Positions 27,540 to 40,767 of a stretch of DNA of 64,000 nucleotides are shown piece after piece. The notes under the pieces are model-generated. The model was given only the letters and a program-made list of their open reading frames with translations, searched no databases and was not told the origin of the DNA. The position numbers were made by a program, and so were the translations under genes. Origin of the DNA: Eledone cirrhosa. Taxonomy: Eukaryota. The DNA is taken from assembly GCA_964016885.1 (NCBI GenBank), contig OZ024744.1, positions 60,202,001 through 60,266,000 of the forward strand, in the 5' to 3' direction. How positions within the stretch are numbered: position 1 is the first letter of the stretch; each line of letters begins with the position of its first letter.

Positions 27540-28620
27540 CCTGCATGCTAAGTATACTCCTTCATTTCTTGAGCCATAACCATGACCACCATGTATCCCA
27601 GTGTATCCATCTTGGAGCTGTCCAACATCTCCTTTGAAGTCACCTGCTAGTATAATTAGGTCTCTGTCCTCTGTCAATATGGTTGTCTCTAAAAGGGGCT
27701 CGTAAAAGCAGTCCTTCTCTTCTTTACCTAGACCCACCTGGGGAGCATAGGTAGAGATAACTGTCAGCAGTCTATTGCCTACAAATAATCTAATGTTAAT
27801 TATTCTATTACTGTCTCTAACTCTATTGTCTTATTGATCCATCTCTTGGCCAGTAAAATGCCTACCCCACCTAACCCTTCATCTTTACCTACCCAGAAAA
27901 GCATATAACTAAGCTGTTTGCCTGCGATTAGTCTTGCTGAGGCACCTCTCCATCTCACCTCTTGCATGCAGCACACATCCACATGTTTTCTCTCTAGCAT
28001 CTCCACTATCTCACCAGATCTACCCCTCAAGGTGCAAACATTAAATGTGGCAACCCTGAGATGTGACATCTTTTGTTGATTTTTCCTTTTCTGCAAAGAA
28101 AAATATTTGTTGTGCGATTGCTTGATGACGGTCGGGGGGTTCTCGCACATGACCGCATTAGCCTCCCCACTACCATGCGCAGCCCTAACAAGGTTAGTTT
28201 TATTGCTGTTTATGCAGTTATTGCAATATTTGTCTGTTGTGCTCATAATTTTTGGCATTAATATACTGGTTGGATGTACTTCCTATCACCAGCACCACTT
28301 TACAGCATGGACTGGGTGCTTTTATTCGTGCCACCAGCACTAGAGAGGTTGTCTTACTGGATTCCGGGGCCCTCTCCACCCCATACTTGTGCAAGGTTTT
28401 TAATGGCTGAATGCTACTACCATTACTCCCATTTACAGCATGGACCGGGAGCTTTTATTCATGCCACCAGCATTAGGGAAGTCGTCTTACTGGACTTAGG
28501 GGCTTCTCTACCCCGCAATTTATTTGGAGTGGTAGCTCTCCTAGACAGGTTGCCTACACTATGGCTTACAGAGCCTCTGTCCACCCCGTGACTGCTCTGA
28601 GTGGATCTGGGTTTAAGGTA
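27540..28620 (-). mobile_element. RTE LINE 5' part (UTR plus APE)
   Basis: LRVATFNVCTLRGRSGEIVEMLERKHVDVCCMQEVRWRG; YAPQVG; LAGDF.G.VG. Confidence 0.85.
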
Positions 28621-28979
28621 CTATATGCATATGTTTAAGTGGCTAGCATATAGCGTCAGGCATGTATACCGGAAGGTAGTGAAGGTGGAGGTGGGATGGG
28701 AAATGGCAATTTCTTAACACAGCTTTATCGCATGCAAATACATACACATATACATACCTATATAAAATTTACATATATATAGACAAACATTCAACACACA
28801 TATATATAGACATACATTGAACACACATTTATACATATATATATAACTACATATAAACATAAATATCTATACATCTGAACATCTAAAAAATCATGTACAT
28901 CTGACATATACTTACATATATATATATACACCCCCGTCCCACCACCCCCACCCCATTCACACCACCCCTTTCAATGTAA

Positions 28980-29274
28980 AGTTATGTTGGTGCCACAACA
29001 TCCAGGCCGAAACAAATGAGATCGTGTAGGTGTCACGTCAACAAAAACACACAGTTCACGCTGTAATGTGGCCGTGTAGGCAACACGGTAAAAACCTCCC
29101 AGCCCCACACTGTAAATGTGGTTGGTGTTAGGAAGGGCATCCAGCTGTAGAAAACCCGCTAGATAGTCCTATGCGAGCAAGATAACCACTCTTGCCTCAA
29201 GTGGGAAAACCCTCCGTCCAAACCCATGCAAGCGTGGAACACGGACGTTAAACGATGATGATGATGATGATGAT
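28980..29274 (+). repeat. RTE 3'UTR-related SINE or tail with (GAT)n
   Basis: AGGAAGGGCATCCAGCTGTA shared with 19926-19946; ends in (GAT)7. Confidence 0.7.
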
Positions 29275-29275
29275 A

Positions 29276-29587
29276 TCTGTATATATAAAACTGATGTTGT
29301 CTGTGTGTGTGTCCTCATTTTTGTAAAGTCTATACAAATCCACATTTCTACTCCGATTGACTTCAAACTTGCATTTATATATTCCTTACTGTCTAAAGAT
29401 ATTAACTGCAGCTTTTATTTTCTGTTGTTAAAGGGGTGTTAGGCGCCGGTTATCCATCTCCGTCGAGCCCTTATAATATCTGTCTGTATGTCTGGCTGTC
29501 TGCATAACAACATTCTGACGAACACGTCATTGCTGACGTATTATCTTCGCTACATTCTCACACACACACATATATACTTATATATAT

Positions 29588-29654
<67 letters not shown>

Positions 29655-29672
29655 TACACATATACATATATA
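29276..29672 (+). mobile_element. Probable Helitron 5' end, interrupted by the Gypsy element inside a (TA)/(CA) tract
   Basis: A|TCTGTATATATAAAAC start resembling 5274 and 35474. Confidence 0.45.
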
Positions 29673-30131
29673 TGTACAGCCACCGGAAATAACATCTGTG
29701 AAATATACAGCGCCATCTACCTGTTTAGCTAGCTACCTCAATGTGAAACAAAACAAAAAGCCCTTAGAAACCATCAGAATAAACGTCTCCACAGCGTCTA
29801 AACATCAAACGATTATTTCTGTAGTCGACTTTTGGCAGAGTCAGCTAGCGTATTGTTGTTCCTTTACTCTGCCACGCTTTGTCACTCACACACGCCTTGT
29901 ACCTTGTATCATCACTTCATGTGAAAATAAATAGCTGATCGAATTTACATCTCGCCTTGCTTCGTCCTTTTCAACTTGTGCTTTCGTCTGTTCATCCTCA
30001 CCAGTGACAACAGTTCTTTTAAGGGCTATCTTCAGATCTGATCAGACTGTATGCGATAACAGTTCTTCTAAGGGCTATTCTCGGATCTGATCAGAAGTAG
30101 TGACTAGACTGACTAACCACGTCGCTACAAT

Positions 30132-30163
30132 TGGTGACCCCGACGTGAGTCGAACGCGCAACC
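30132..30163 (+). promoter_or_regulatory. tRNA-Trp primer-binding site (extended)
   Basis: TGGTGACCCCGACGTGA is the complement of the animal tRNA-Trp 3' end (recalled sequence), 2 nt after the LTR. Confidence 0.9.
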
Positions 30164-30188
30164 AGATAGCACCTAAGAAAATACCAAC

Positions 30189-33100
30189 ATGGACATGTCA
30201 CAAACGACAGAGGCCGAGATACCAACCACACAAGCGGCGTTAACATTGAAAGTCCCCATTTTTTTGTCCAATGACCCGACTCTGTGGTTCGCTCACATAG
30301 AAGCGCAATTCGCCGCTAACAATTAAGAGCGATTCCGCAAAGCTCACCTACATCATTGGGTCTGTCCCGCCAGAAGTCTTGGCCGGGCACGGTGTCATAT
30401 GAATTATTCTGCAAGGAATTGATCAAGCGAACGACCGCATCACCGCAGAGACGACTCAACTAACTCGTGTCTGCAGAAGAATTGAGGGACAGAAAACCGT
30501 CCCAACTATTGCGAAAGATGAGACAGCTGATGGAAGACCAGCCGCTTTCAAAAGATCTGCTGAAATTGCTGTTTATACAGCGCTTGCCCTTATCGATGCA
30601 GGGCATTCTGGCGTCGACCAACGAGTCAGCAACCCCGGAAGAACTGGCGAGTGTCGCAGATAAGATCGCTGAGGTGTCAAACCCTTTTGCCTCAGTAGCA
30701 CAGGTAGATTGTCGGACGAACCCTTACATAGGGTCATCGGACTCCACCTCCAAGATTTCAGAGCTGTGGGCTATGATCAGAGAGCAGGCTGGTCAAATTA
30801 AAGCCCTCTCAAACCAATTAGAGAGCCTGACCTTGCAAACACACCGGCGGCGCAGCAACAGTCGATCCAGGCCCTTTCACCGTCGAAGATCCAGAAGTCC
30901 TAGTCAAAATCGTGTGTCTGGCCATCTCTGCTGGTATCACAAAGAATTCGGCGCACAGGCATCTAAGTGTAGGGCCCCGTGCTCTTTCCAGAATACCACC
31001 CAGGGCCTAGCGACGACGTTCACCCCTGGTACTGAAAAGAAAAGTCGTCTATTTTTTATTAACAACCAGGCGACAGGCATCCGTTACCTCGTGGATACAG
31101 GAGCCCAGGTTAGTGTTATTCCTGTTTCATTAGTCTCGGGCAAAAGACATCCAACATCGTCCTTTCTGCAGGCAGTGAACCGATCGTCAATTCCGACTTT
31201 CGGGGAAAAATCACTGACCCTCAATTTAGGCCTGAGGCGGCGTTTTCAATGGGTATTCGTCGTGGCAGACCTGCCGACCCCTATCCTAGGAGCTGATTTT
31301 CTCCACCACTTCAACCTTCTGGTGGACATGAAGAACCGGAGGCTTATTGACACCACCACAAACCTCACTGTGAGAGGTATATTTACGACGCAATCCACAG
31401 TGAGCCCTGTAATTTGCCAGTCAGAGCCTTCGCGGTACAGCGGCATTCTCCAGAAATACCCAGACATCACTCGCCCGGTATTTAAGGATGGACCTATTAA
31501 ACATAGTGTCACACACCACATCGAGACAAGAGGACTACCCACAGCTTCCCGACCAAGGAGACTGCCTCCAGACCGATTGAGAATCGCCAAACAGGAGTTT
31601 CAACACATGCTGGACCTCGGAATCATTCGCCCTTCCTCCAGCAACTGGTCTGCACCCCTACATCTTGTTCCTAAAAAAAACGAGAATGATTGGCGACCAT
31701 GTGGGGATTATCGTGCACTTAACAATTCTACAGTACCCGATAATTACCCTGTACCTCCCCTGCACGACTTTTCTGCCTCTCTGTAAGATGCACGCATCTT
31801 TTCCAAGATAGATTTGGTGCGTGCATATAACCAGATACCTATGGAGCCTGCAGATATTCCAAAGACCGCAATCACAACATCGTTCGGTTTATTTGAATTC
31901 CTGCGAATGCCGTTCGGTCTGCGCAACGCTGCACAAACTTTTCAGCGGTTCATTGACACCGTGTTACGCGATCTACCCTTCGTATACGCGTATATTGACG
32001 ACGTGCTGGTAGCAAGTACTTCCGAGCAAGAACACAAGAAGCACTTAGATCTCCTTTTCCAACGTTTGGTTGAGTACAGTATCATCATCAACCCCAGCAA
32101 GTGCTTTCTCGGCGTTCCTTCACTGTCCTTTCTCAGGCACATCATCGATAAAGACGGCATTCGTCCACTTCCCGAGAAAGTGGAAGCTATCCGCGTTTTC
32201 CCGCACCTACATCACTTCGGAAACTGCGTGAATTCCTCGGTCTGGTGCATTTTTATAGGCGTTTCATCCCTCATTGTTCCGCCGCAGCCAGACTCCTCAC
32301 GGACCTTCTTCGTAACCGGACTCGCAAAAACGAAAGATCACTCTAAACGAGGAAGAATTAACATCTTTTAACCGCCTGAAGGAAATGTTGGCAAACGCTT
32401 CCATGCTCGTTTTCCCCAGGTCTGGCGCTCCTCTTTCGCTGCTTGTGGACGCATCAGACATGGGGGTTGGAGGCGTTTTACAACAACATGTCGACGGCGT
32501 GTGGCAACCCTTATCCTTCTTTTCTAAGCGGTTGCAACCGGCAGAAATGAAATACAGTACATTTGGCCGCGAACTCTTTGCAACCTATCTTTCGGTTAAG
32601 CATTTTTGGCACATGCTCAAAGGATCAGATTTCGTGATCTACACGGACCATAAACCATTAGATTATGCGTTCCGTACCAAACCTGATCGACATTCACCGA
32701 GAGAACTCCGACACCTGGATTTTGTCTCCCAATATTCAACTCCCAATATTCGGCATATCAAGGGGTCAGACAACGTAGCAGCCAACGCCCTGTCCCGAAT
32801 CCAGCTGAACGCAATACATGTGCATTCAGGCATCGACCTTCAACAGATCGCAGCTGACCAAGAGACTGACGAAGAGTTTATCAAGCTCCGAGATTCGCCA
32901 TTCCTCACGTTTCAGCAAGTTCCCATTCCTTCTTCTCCGGGACAAATTTGGTGCAACATTTCTCATGAACGACCATACGTACCACAGATGCATTGTCGAC
33001 AAATTTTTTCTGCTTTACACTGCCTGTCTCACACGGGAGTCCGGGCTACACAGAAACTCATCTCTGCTCATTGTGTAGACTAACATTGCCTGCCAGAAAG

Positions 33101-34074
33101 CCAAAGTCCACAGACACATCAAAACTCCACTCGGCACATTCACGCAACCTGATGCACGTTTTCATCATGTGCATATCGACATCGTCGGAGCTCTACCACC
33201 ATCACAGAACTACACACACTTGCTCACCTGCATAGATCGATTTTCCCGTTGCCCTGAGGCTTTTCCCATAAGGGATACCTCAGCGGAAACAGTCGCTAAA
33301 ACTTTGGTTTTACACTGGGTATCACGTTATGGCGCCTCAGCGAAGATAACAATGGACAGAGGACGCCAGTTTGACACCCACCCCTTCAGGGAACTGACTC
33401 GCCTGTTAGGATGTAAACACATCCGCACGACAGCTTATCACCCGCAAGCTAATGGTCTCATGGAAAGAGTCCATCGCCAATTGAAAGCTGCAATAAAAGC
33501 ATATCCAGACAAGACCCACTGGTTTGAATACCTACCACTCATCCTTCTGGGCATTCGATCCACTGTTAAGGAAGAATTCGGATACACACCTGCAGAATTA
33601 GTGTACAGCACCACCCTGGTTCTACCTGGTCAGATGGTTGCTCCCATCTCTCCTCAGGATGTTCCAGACCCAGGATCATACGTACACCGTCTTCGACAAT
33701 ATATGTCTCACCTTGCTCCTGCAAGCACCTGTCAACAGAACACGGCCAAACACGTACCTTCAGATATTAAAGATTGGACACACATTTTCGTTCGAAACGA
33801 CACCATCTCAGCTCATCTTCGACCTCCATATTCTGGCCCTTATCGTGTTCTAAAAAAATATCCGAAAAATTTTATTCTCGATCTAGATGGTAAACAGAAT
33901 TCTGTCAGCGTGGACAGATTAAAAAAAGCCATCATGGATACTGAGACAGTCTCTACACCAGAAACTCCAACAGATTGCTGTCCCAGCAAGCCACCTGTTT
34001 CATCTCCAGTCACGAGAAGCGGACGACGCGTCCATTGGCCCGCCAAGTTGGCACAATATGTGAATTACCGTTAA
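30189..34074 (+). pseudogene. pol: Gypsy gag-pol with multiple stops and frameshifts
   Basis: [84 protein letters not shown]. Confidence 0.95.
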
Positions 34075-35473
34075 CCTCAAGTGAGTTTCTTCATCATTCT
34101 TCTTGCAAAACATTCCCATTTCCCTTGTGTTTACTATTTCCAGTTTCAAATACAATGAACTTTCTGCTTGAACAATTGCAATTTTTAGTGACCATGTGCT
34201 CATGTCACGAAGAACATTATTTATTATGAACATTATTTATTACAAACACTATTTAAGAACAAACATTGTGTATAGCATTGTGTATAACATTTTTTTTTTT
34301 TCTCTCTCTTGTTTTGCAAAAATTTGTATTTTTCTTGTTCTGCAACATTGATTGTGTAATTGCCATAATTTTTATATACATACAAGGCGTGTACATATTC
34401 TGTTTTTCATGCACACTACAAAACCACGTTTGTTTCACCTTTTGGTTCATACACGGAGCAATAGATATTTGTGTCCCTCTAACTCTTACACTACAAAATG
34501 TTTTCACTTTGATCACGCATTTCACAAATCGCATCCTCAAAACATTGGCCTTCTTTTTTCACGTACACATTCACTCAATAGCTCGAGAATGCCTCGCTAT
34601 TTTTTTACCACATGCATTCGCTCAAGTCATATGGTTTGGAGCAAACTGTTACTTTTAGGCAACATGCTTACAGCCATTCAGTTCACACATTACGGTTATC
34701 TTCACTGCCCAGTTAGACTTTTTGTCACGCAATTCACAGGCAGCTCAAGCCAAATTGCAACAGGCTCATTCATCACGCCTGCATAAATCTGGTCAAAGTC
34801 ATTTTATAGTTTATTTCTTTTTTCTCTTCCTGACACACACATCTTTCCATATCATCTCTACATCGACTCTGTCCTGTACTCGATGATCACAAAATTTCAC
34901 AACGTGCTGGACACTCCTGGGGCTATTGTCATGACAAATGCACCACTGGCCCATTACTATACGATATTTCGCTCTTTTGTTGTGCAAAAGATCTGGCAGG
35001 CGGCTAATGTACAGCCACCGGAAATAACATCTGTGAAATATACAGCGCCATCTATCTGTTAGCTAGCTACCTCAACATGAAACAAAACAAACAGCCCTTA
35101 GAACCACCAGAATAAACGCCTACACAGCATCTAAACATCAAACGATTATTTCTGTATAAATAGAGTGGTTCCAAACACTTTCTCCAGTCGACTTTTGGCA
35201 GAGTCAGCTAGCGCATCGTTGTTCCTTTACTCTGCCACGCTTTGTCACTCACACACGCCTTGTACCTCGTATCGTCGCTTTATGTGAAAATAAATAGCTG
35301 ATCGAATTTACATCTCGCCTTGCTTCATCCTTTTCAACTTGTGCTTTCGTCTGTCCATCCTCACCAGAGACAACAGTTCTTCTGATCAGACCGTATGCGA
35401 TAACAGTCCTTCTAAGGGCTATTCTCGAATCTGATCAGAAGTAGTGATCAGACAGACTAACCACGTCGCTACT

Positions 35474-35625
35474 TATATATATAAAACAGTTTAAGCAAAG
35501 AATCGCTGCTTTGTGTATGTCCGTACCCACAGAACTTCTACAGTTTGCAACCGAGTTTCTTCCAACTTGGAACAAACATGCGTTATGTTCCCAGGAGTGT
35601 TTTAGGTTGGCTGGTTGCACGAAAA

Positions 35626-35679
<54 letters not shown>

Positions 35680-35689
35680 ACACACACAC

Positions 35690-35742
<53 letters not shown>

Positions 35743-36788
35743 CATCTAAAGAGAGAAAGGGAGATGTAGAGAGAGAGAGTGAGATAGGTCGTTATACAGA
35801 GAGAGGTGCAAGATATTCAGATAGAGAGAGAGAGAATGGTGATGAATGCTGGCTCACACACACACACAAACACACATATATATATAAAGACAGAGAGGGG
35901 AGAGAGATCTGCGCGTTCTTTATTGTTCTCCATTCTGTAGAAGAAGAGAGAGAGAGGGGGTATGAGTGAGAGAGAGAGAGCAAGAGAAAGAGAGAGAGGG
36001 TATGAGAAAATAAGGGAGAGAGGGGTTGAGAAAGAAAGAAAGAGAGTGAGGACCTTTAACTTTTATTTATTTATCTATTCTTTACACACTGTTCAACTCT
36101 CCCCTTTCCTCAACCTTACGTCTCTTTCTCTCTTTCACAGAAGACATACTGTGACTGTGTGTGTTATATATATTTATGTCCACACACAAAAAGACGCATC
36201 TCTCTCTCTTTCTCTAAGAATGATGTAAATAAAATTGTAAATGAAAATGACAGAGGTTATTAAAATAGTAAAAGTAAATAGTGAAGATTTAGGCCAGTAC
36301 ATACGTATGCACCGACGGACATACACATACATATACACACGCAAATATATACACACACACAAACACACACGCACGCGTGTGTGCGTGTGCGTGTAAACCT
36401 TATGCATTTCTACAGCATTTTCACCAAACTTAAGACATAGGTTACTTATGTACTCCGGATGGTCATGGACACTTTCATTTTTCCAGATATTGATTGTAGG
36501 GTCTCCCGGCAGATAACCCCCTTCAACCACTTTCTTGGAGTCGACTGAAGCACTGCAGTGCAATGCAACAAAACGTCATAACTTCTGGAGTTCGCAACCG
36601 ATTTTCACAAAACTTGACACATGGGTTACGTTTGTTCTACAGATGAATGTGAATTGGCAGGAACCCCCTTTTGGAAAAAGCCAATGATTTTGTCAAAGTA
36701 TAGTTTTCGAAGCAGCACTGAAGTATTGACATAAATGATATACATAACTGCTATTTAATACCCGAGCAACGCCGGGTACCTCTGCTAG
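35474..36788 (+). mobile_element. Non-autonomous Helitron containing (CA)n and (GA)n tracts
   Basis: 3' hairpin CCCGAGCAACGCCGGG plus CTAG|T at 36785-36789; 5' boundary uncertain. Confidence 0.65.
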
Positions 36789-36789
36789 T

Positions 36790-38965
36790 GTGTTACTGAT
36801 CTTATCGGCCTTTTCCTTCTTTTCTCTATCAAGGACGAATTCCCCAACGCGGGCGGTGGTTTATACCGTGATGATGGTCTTTTGACCATGACTAAGTGCG
36901 GACCTCGTGCTTGCGACAGGTTCAGAAAAGAACTCACAGCCTTCTTTAAAGGCTTCAACCTCTCTATACAGGTTGAGGCCAATCTCTCGGTCGTTAATTA
37001 CCTCGACGTTACCCTCAATTTATTGAATGGGTTGTATTACCCGTAGAGAAAGCCGAATGATACGCTTAATTACATAAGTAAGCATTCCAACCATCCTGCC
37101 AGCATAACCAAGAACCTGGTAAGAAACGTTTCGTTGAGGCTTTCCTGTCTTTCCACCAACGAGCGTATTTTCAACGACCATTCCACTAATTACAATGAAG
37201 CTCTTGCTCGAAGTGGATTTGTCGATAAGGTAGCATATATAGAGTACGAAAATAGACCTAGAAGAAATAGATCCCATCGCATTTGTTGGTATAACCCACC
37301 ATATAATATGGAGGTGGCCACACCATTAGCTAAAATCTTTCTTTCCCTTATTACGAAGCATTTTCCCCCTACACATAAATATAGTAACATTTTTAATAGA
37401 AATACTATTAAAATTTCTTACTCTACGACTCCTAACCTTGCACATAACATCACAGCTTCAAATTTAGCTAAACTACCTAGCCGTAGGAACACGTGCAACC
37501 CTGTAGTTAGTACTAACTGTAATTGTAGGAATCGGGTTGATTGCCCCCTATCCGGGAAATGCCTCTCTAGTAACATTGTCTACAAATGTAAGGTTGTAAC
37601 ACCCACGTCCCGTAGGGCCTACATAGGGTTAACCGCCAATAGATTCAAGCAGCGTCTTTACATGCATACCCATTCTTTTCGTTACCCTCTAAGAAGGAAT
37701 ATGACGTCACTTTCAGCTTATATCTGGAGTCTAAAAGACAACCACACCCAATATAAGTTACACTGGGAGATCCTACTAGGGCTAGATCGTATAACGGAAA
37801 TAAAAGACCATGTGACCTCTGCGCCGCTGAGGCCCTGGAAATACTCTACGCCACAGACCACATCTTAAACAAAAAATCTGAGGCAATTTCGGCTTGTAAA
37901 CATAAATTGCACAAAACTTTCCTGCATTACAGCCCCACCTTATACCCTAACGGATAGTACGATCTATACGTGGATATTTTACGTCTTGATGTGGGAGCTA
38001 AGTATATGTTTTGTTTATACCATTACTTATTTGCATAGGTAAGTATATATTACCCGTATGTTTTGTGAAGGTACGTATACCTTCTTGTACGTATATTTGA
38101 TTGTTTATGTTATGGCATATAATTTTATATATTCTGGTACATAGGGTTTGGCTATGTGTATACGGGAGTTTTGCGTCTGTGTGAGTATGCAGGTTCGTAC
38201 GTATGTAGGGTGTGTGTATATGTGTACTTCATGTTTTGGTTGACTTACGTCTCCGAACATTCGTGTATTTACATGTAGGTATGTGTGTGCGCTTGTTATA
38301 TACGTATTTATTTATTTATTTATATACGTTTATATAATTATTTATTTATTTGTATACACGCATACACACACACATACATATTTATATGTGCGTGGTTTTG
38401 TATACCTATGGTAAGTATTTTGCGTATGCTTGTGTATGTACGTATTTGTTTGCGTGTATGTATTTATTTATTTCTATTACTTCTGTATTGTATTTATTTA
38501 CTTTGTTCTTAACTCTGTAGCGGAGATTCATTCGGTCTCCTAGTTAGAATTTTAGTCTACGACTTCTGCTATACCATTTACGTGGTTTTGTCTTTGCGTG
38601 CTATTGTTCTTCATGCTCCACATATGACGTATTATCTTCGTTTTTTTCGTTCATTGCCAGAGTACGTCTCTATGCACCACCTAAGAGAACATTAGTCTAC
38701 GACCTCTTTTATACCATAAACGTGGTTCTGTCTTTGCGCGTAATTGTTTTTCACCGCTCCTATTAATGACGTATTATATGCTTTTTCCCGTTCTTTGCCA
38801 GCGAACGTTTCCACGAACCAAAGTATCGTCTTCCTGTCTTCCTCCGGTTGCAATGTTTTTTGAAATATCGACTTCTGCGTTTACAGATTGACTTTGTTAG
38901 TTTCAGAAGATCCCGTTAAGGGTGAAAGCAGCGATTCTTTGCTTAAACTTTAATCTGTTATTTTA

Positions 38966-38970
<5 letters not shown>
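36790..38970 (+). mobile_element. 5'-truncated Penelope-like element with GIY-YIG, long 3' UTR and pLTR
   Basis: GLYRDDGL, NYLDVTL, ICWYNPPY, NIVYKC..RAYIGLTANRFKQRL; about 120-bp tandem duplication 38550-38810; ends at (TA)n. Confidence 0.92.
38899..38949 (+). ncRNA. Type-I hammerhead ribozyme-like motif (variant core)
   Basis: AGTTT-CAGAAGA-T.CCC.GTTAA.GGG.T-GAAA-GCA..TGC-TT-AAACT; stems I, II and III all form; located in a PLE pLTR. Confidence 0.6.
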
Positions 38971-39062
<92 letters not shown>

Positions 39063-39109
39063 CACCTATATATACATATATATAACTAATATAAACAAAC
39101 ATATCTATA

Positions 39110-40080
39110 AATCTGAGTTGCGACAGCATGCAAATATGTTCTCTGGCTACAGCCAAAGAGACAGGATCAGGGTGTACAAAGGGGCCATGACAAATTACAA
39201 GGCCCTCATAGAGATGGACATAAAAGGGATTTGCCTACTGTACAGGAGCAATTCATGGAATATCATAAATAGGGAAAGCCAACTCATGATACAACAACCG
39301 GAGGTACCAGAGTGTCAAATTTGTGGATGCGACCCCTGGAGGTGAAGTATCTAGTTGATTAAGAAAGGCCTAAGAAAAACCTATTTAAATATTAAAGTGG
39401 TAGAAAAGCCAGGGACTACCGTAAAATCCCTGATCAGTAAAATTTACCCTTTTAAGGAAAACCTGCTGTACAAATAAGAAATGTATAGTATGTCGAATAA
39501 GTCTACAAATAAATTGTAAAACTAGAAATATAGTTTATAGCATAAGATGTACAGAGGGTGCCTACAGAAACATGACAATGACGTACATAGGAGAGAGTCT
39601 GTAGCATAGGAGAGAACTAAAAGGATAAAAAGACAATTCAGTATTATATGAATACACCAGACTAAAACCTGTAGCATAAAAGTTAAAATAATATCTAAAG
39701 ATAGGAATGACTTAACATTTAGACAAATTAGGGAGGCTACAGAATTAGAATTCAGAAAACCTAGGCTGAACAGAAAACATGAGTGGAATAACAAAAACCA
39801 TACACAAACACACACTAGTGATCAAAGATATAATATCAATATACACAGATGCAATAACAACACCCACACACAAACACATACTAGTGACCAAAGATAAAAT
39901 ATAAACAGTTAAACACACACAGACAGACTCAGACATGAACACACAAGCACACACCAAACAAAATACATGCACACATGTGCAAATAGAGACAAAAAAAAAA
40001 CGTTATAGAAATTCAACAAGAGGAACACAACAATAATCACTGAAGATGTCACAGAAATGTGTGACAAAAGAACTTTGATA
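39110..40080 (+). mobile_element. Degraded Penelope-like GIY-YIG element with hammerhead remnant at 40036-40080
   Basis: SGYS..DR, KVVEKPG, CKTRNIVYSI.C..C, YIGES, RQIREA; CTGAAGA-TGTCACA/TGTGACA-AAAG. Confidence 0.65.
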
Positions 40081-40767
40081 TATTATATTTATATTTTTAA
40101 CTGTTGGTTAATTAATGGTAAACATTGATTACCAGCTAAATTATTTATAAAAATATAATGAAGTGAAAACCAAACCAAACAGTGAGTGTGTTTTACTATT
40201 TGTTTGGCAATATTAGGACAACATGACCCTCCCCAAATATAACAATATATTACTAATTAGCTTACTAATTACAAAGAAACAATAATTACATCATGTTGTG
40301 CTAGCCAATCAGGCAACATTTTGAACATCTAATAAAACTATATAAACTTATATGAATTGCCAAAATATTACTTTTAGAATAAAGTTTAATTTCACTATGG
40401 TTTCTTTTTTATTTCACATAACTGGAAATATTTAGAATGGCAGTCAAAATGATCTGGGAAATGTCATTAAATTTTAAATAGGCCATGCAATAAGATTTAC
40501 GTTGGAATAACATGCAAAGGAACTGCATGTCATCAAAGAATGGAAAAATATTAAAATAGATTTTTGTAAGGAGACATTTTTCAAGAACTGTTACTGCTTT
40601 GACCTTGGCATCTATCAGATACAAAAGAGAACATACCTTTCTAAATAGTGAGATAAATTTGCACTTTAGTAATAGACATCACATTAGATGAAAAAATATT
40701 ACAAGAATTGAAAATGTTCCTTGAAAGGCAAAAATACCCTGCTAACCTTATTAGTACAGTTATTATC

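Larger units (their letters stand above)
29673..35473 (+). mobile_element. Full-length Ty3/Gypsy LTR retrotransposon (disrupted), inserted in a TA microsatellite
   Basis: LTRs 29673-30129 (TGTA..TACA) and 35008-35473; PBS at 30132; degenerate PPT before 35008; gag-PR-RT-RH-INT; about 0.9-kb 3' UTR. Confidence 0.97.

Noticed and set aside
34253-34786. env-like hydrophobic ORF in the Gypsy 3' region
   Set aside because: Short low-complexity frames in T-rich UTR, with no furin site or coherent envelope architecture
35435-36228. ORFs with poly-VC, poly-HT and poly-RE
   Set aside because: Translations of (CA)n and (GA)n microsatellites
40409-40624. 71-aa minus-strand ORF as a host exon
   Set aside because: Antisense to a decayed Penelope RT remnant
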